A stretch of 64,000 nucleotides of DNA, taken from Malacoraja senta (lineage: Eukaryota). Shown piece by piece: positions 62,101 to 64,000 of the stretch. The translations under genes were made by a program, and so were the position numbers. Position 1 is the first letter of the stretch, and every line of letters begins with the position of its first letter. The notes beneath the pieces were generated by a model, which did not search any database, was not told where the DNA came from, and was given only the letters and a program-made list of their open reading frames with translations. Where the stretch lies: positions 186,001 to 250,000 of the forward strand of contig JAXLNO010000322.1 in assembly GCA_038087875.1 (NCBI GenBank). The letters run 5' to 3'.

Positions 62101-62639
62101 AATAACTTTATTTATAATTTGGAACACAAATCTTGCACATTTGAACAGGGGCAGTGACTATCTTTTTTAAAAAAAAACATGGGATCATACATCACATGCC
62201 AGAAATATATTGAGTAACTTATTATGATTATATATATTCTTTATCAACTATTATTTGTGCAACAAAATCTGAAGCTCTAAACATCACATTTGGAAGGTTC
62301 TCCCTCAACTTGTCAATGTTTGAGGATGATGGCAGCTTTTGTCAGTTAGCAGACGAAGGAATGTCTCAGGTGCATCTCACAATGGCTGGAGAATTACACA
62401 TTAAACCCCAACTCAAGTGTAGAACCCACCCAAAGATGCCAGCCTCATAATGGAGGTGAAGAGTTACACAAATCAGTAGCAATTAACCTTCCTCACCGAC
62501 CGCTGCTTTATAATGCAGCCCGTTAGTAAAATGGGTCACCTGCCATCAACTTGTCAGCATCATCTTGGAACATGGATCCTCGCGAGCCCTTCACCCCACT
62601 GACTCCACACCAACCATCAGCCATCCAATTTTACACTAA

Positions 62640-64000
62640 TAATAATAATAATATCTTTTATTGTCATTGCACATATGTGAAACGAGATGTGGTATGCAGC
62701 TTCCATCCGATGTCATAACTTAAACAACTAATAACATTTAGATTTAGATACCCCGAGAAACATGATTTATAAAAAGAACAGTAAAACAGTGAAAACAGTC
62801 TAAAGTGCAAATGTGTCTGTGCCGGGTCGATGTGCGACGTGACCATCCGAGGGAGACAGTTCATGGGGGTGGGGGGCACTCAGCAGGGCCGGTTCAAAGC
62901 AGCTATATCTCTGGGGATGAAGCTGTTCCTGAGTCTGGAGGTGCGGGCGTAGAAGGCCTTGTAACGTTTGCCTGAAGGTAGGAGTTTGAACAGTCCATTA
63001 CAAGGGTGTGAGGAGTCTTTGTGGATGCTGACGGGCTTCCTGAGGCACCGTGTGTAGTAGATGCCCTCCAAGGCTGGTAGCTGTGTCCCAATAATCTTCT
63101 GCACTCTGTGGACGACGTGCTGAAGAGATCTCCTCTCAGCCTCCGTGCAGCTGAGATACCACACAGAGATGCCATACGTTAGTATGCTCTCTGTTGTTCA
63201 GCGATAGAACGTTGTCAGCAGCTGTTGGGGCAGACCAGTCTTTTTCAATATTCTCAGGAAGAACAGTCGTTGCTGTGCCTTCTTGACCAGCGCAGCGGTG
63301 TTGGTGGACCATGTGAGGTCCTCTGAGATGTGTATGCCCAGAAACTTAAAGCTGGACACTCTCTCCACACTGTCCCCGTAGATGGAGATTGGGGCGTATT
63401 CTCCATTATGTGTCCTCCTGAAGTCGATAATCAGCTCCTTGGTGTTGGAAGAGTTTAGGGACAAGTTGTTATCTGAGCACCAGTCCGCCAGGTTCTGCAA
63501 CTCCGCTCTGTAGTTTGGTGATCAGCCTGATCACCGTTGTGTCGTCTGCAAACTTGACGATGATGTTGGTGTCGAATGCAGGAACACAGTCGTGTGTGAA
63601 GAGGGAGTAGAGCATGGGGCTTAGTACACAGCCCTGTGGTGTGAAGGTGCTCAGGGTGATAGTGGAGGACACGTGCGGGTCCAGTCTCACTGCCTGCGGT
63701 CGCTCCGTCAGAAAATTCTGGATCCAGTCGCATATCCGCGAGCTGAGGCTTAGCTGGTGGAGTTTGGTGGTGAGCTTGGTGGGGATGACCGTGTTGAAGG
63801 CAGAGCTATAGTCTATGAAGAGCATCCTCACGTACGTGCCCTGTCTTTCCAGGTGAGTCAGGACAGTGTGAGGAGCCAGAGAGATGGCATCCTCTGTGGA
63901 TCTATTTGCCCTGAATGCAAATTGATGAGAGTCCAGTGAGGCAGCGATGCTGGATTTGATGTGAGAGAGGACCAGCCTTTCAAAGCACTTCATGGGTAAC
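62640..64000 (-). mobile_element. Rex1/Babar LINE (RT and 3' end), runs off the window
   Basis: MKCFERLV, QFAFRANRSTEDAI, IDYSSAFNT, PQGCVLSP, FADD, FKFLG, KKAQQRLFFLR, RTSRLRNSF; (TAA)n-type tail near 62640. Confidence 0.92.

Overview
Eukaryotic, repeat-dominated vertebrate DNA. The repeat set (V-SINE/HE1-like SINEs, CR1 LINEs with (CTATGTTT)n tails, Penelope-derived short repeats) suggests a cartilaginous fish such as a skate or ray; this is an inference. Main contents: (1) a decayed, 3'-truncated epsilon-like endogenous retrovirus (2250-11250) with a 1.2-kb LTR, a tRNA-Ser primer site, gag-TAG-pol, env, and a 2H-phosphoesterase domain between protease and RT; (2) a decayed foamy-virus-like pol remnant on the minus strand (54457-56393) inside nested hAT, ISL2EU-like and Harbinger insertions; (3) a minus-strand exon encoding a ZSWIM3-N-type domain, near a CpG island with about 22 tandem GC boxes; (4) many retroelements (a near-full-length CR1 whose ORF1 start is expanded into a minisatellite, plus L1, Tx1, L2, Rex1, and Penelope repeats with minimal hammerhead cores), a Helitron carrying minisatellites, and a solo LTR. 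Most ORFs in the track are shadows of repeats. All family assignments come from motif recognition by eye; no database search was run.
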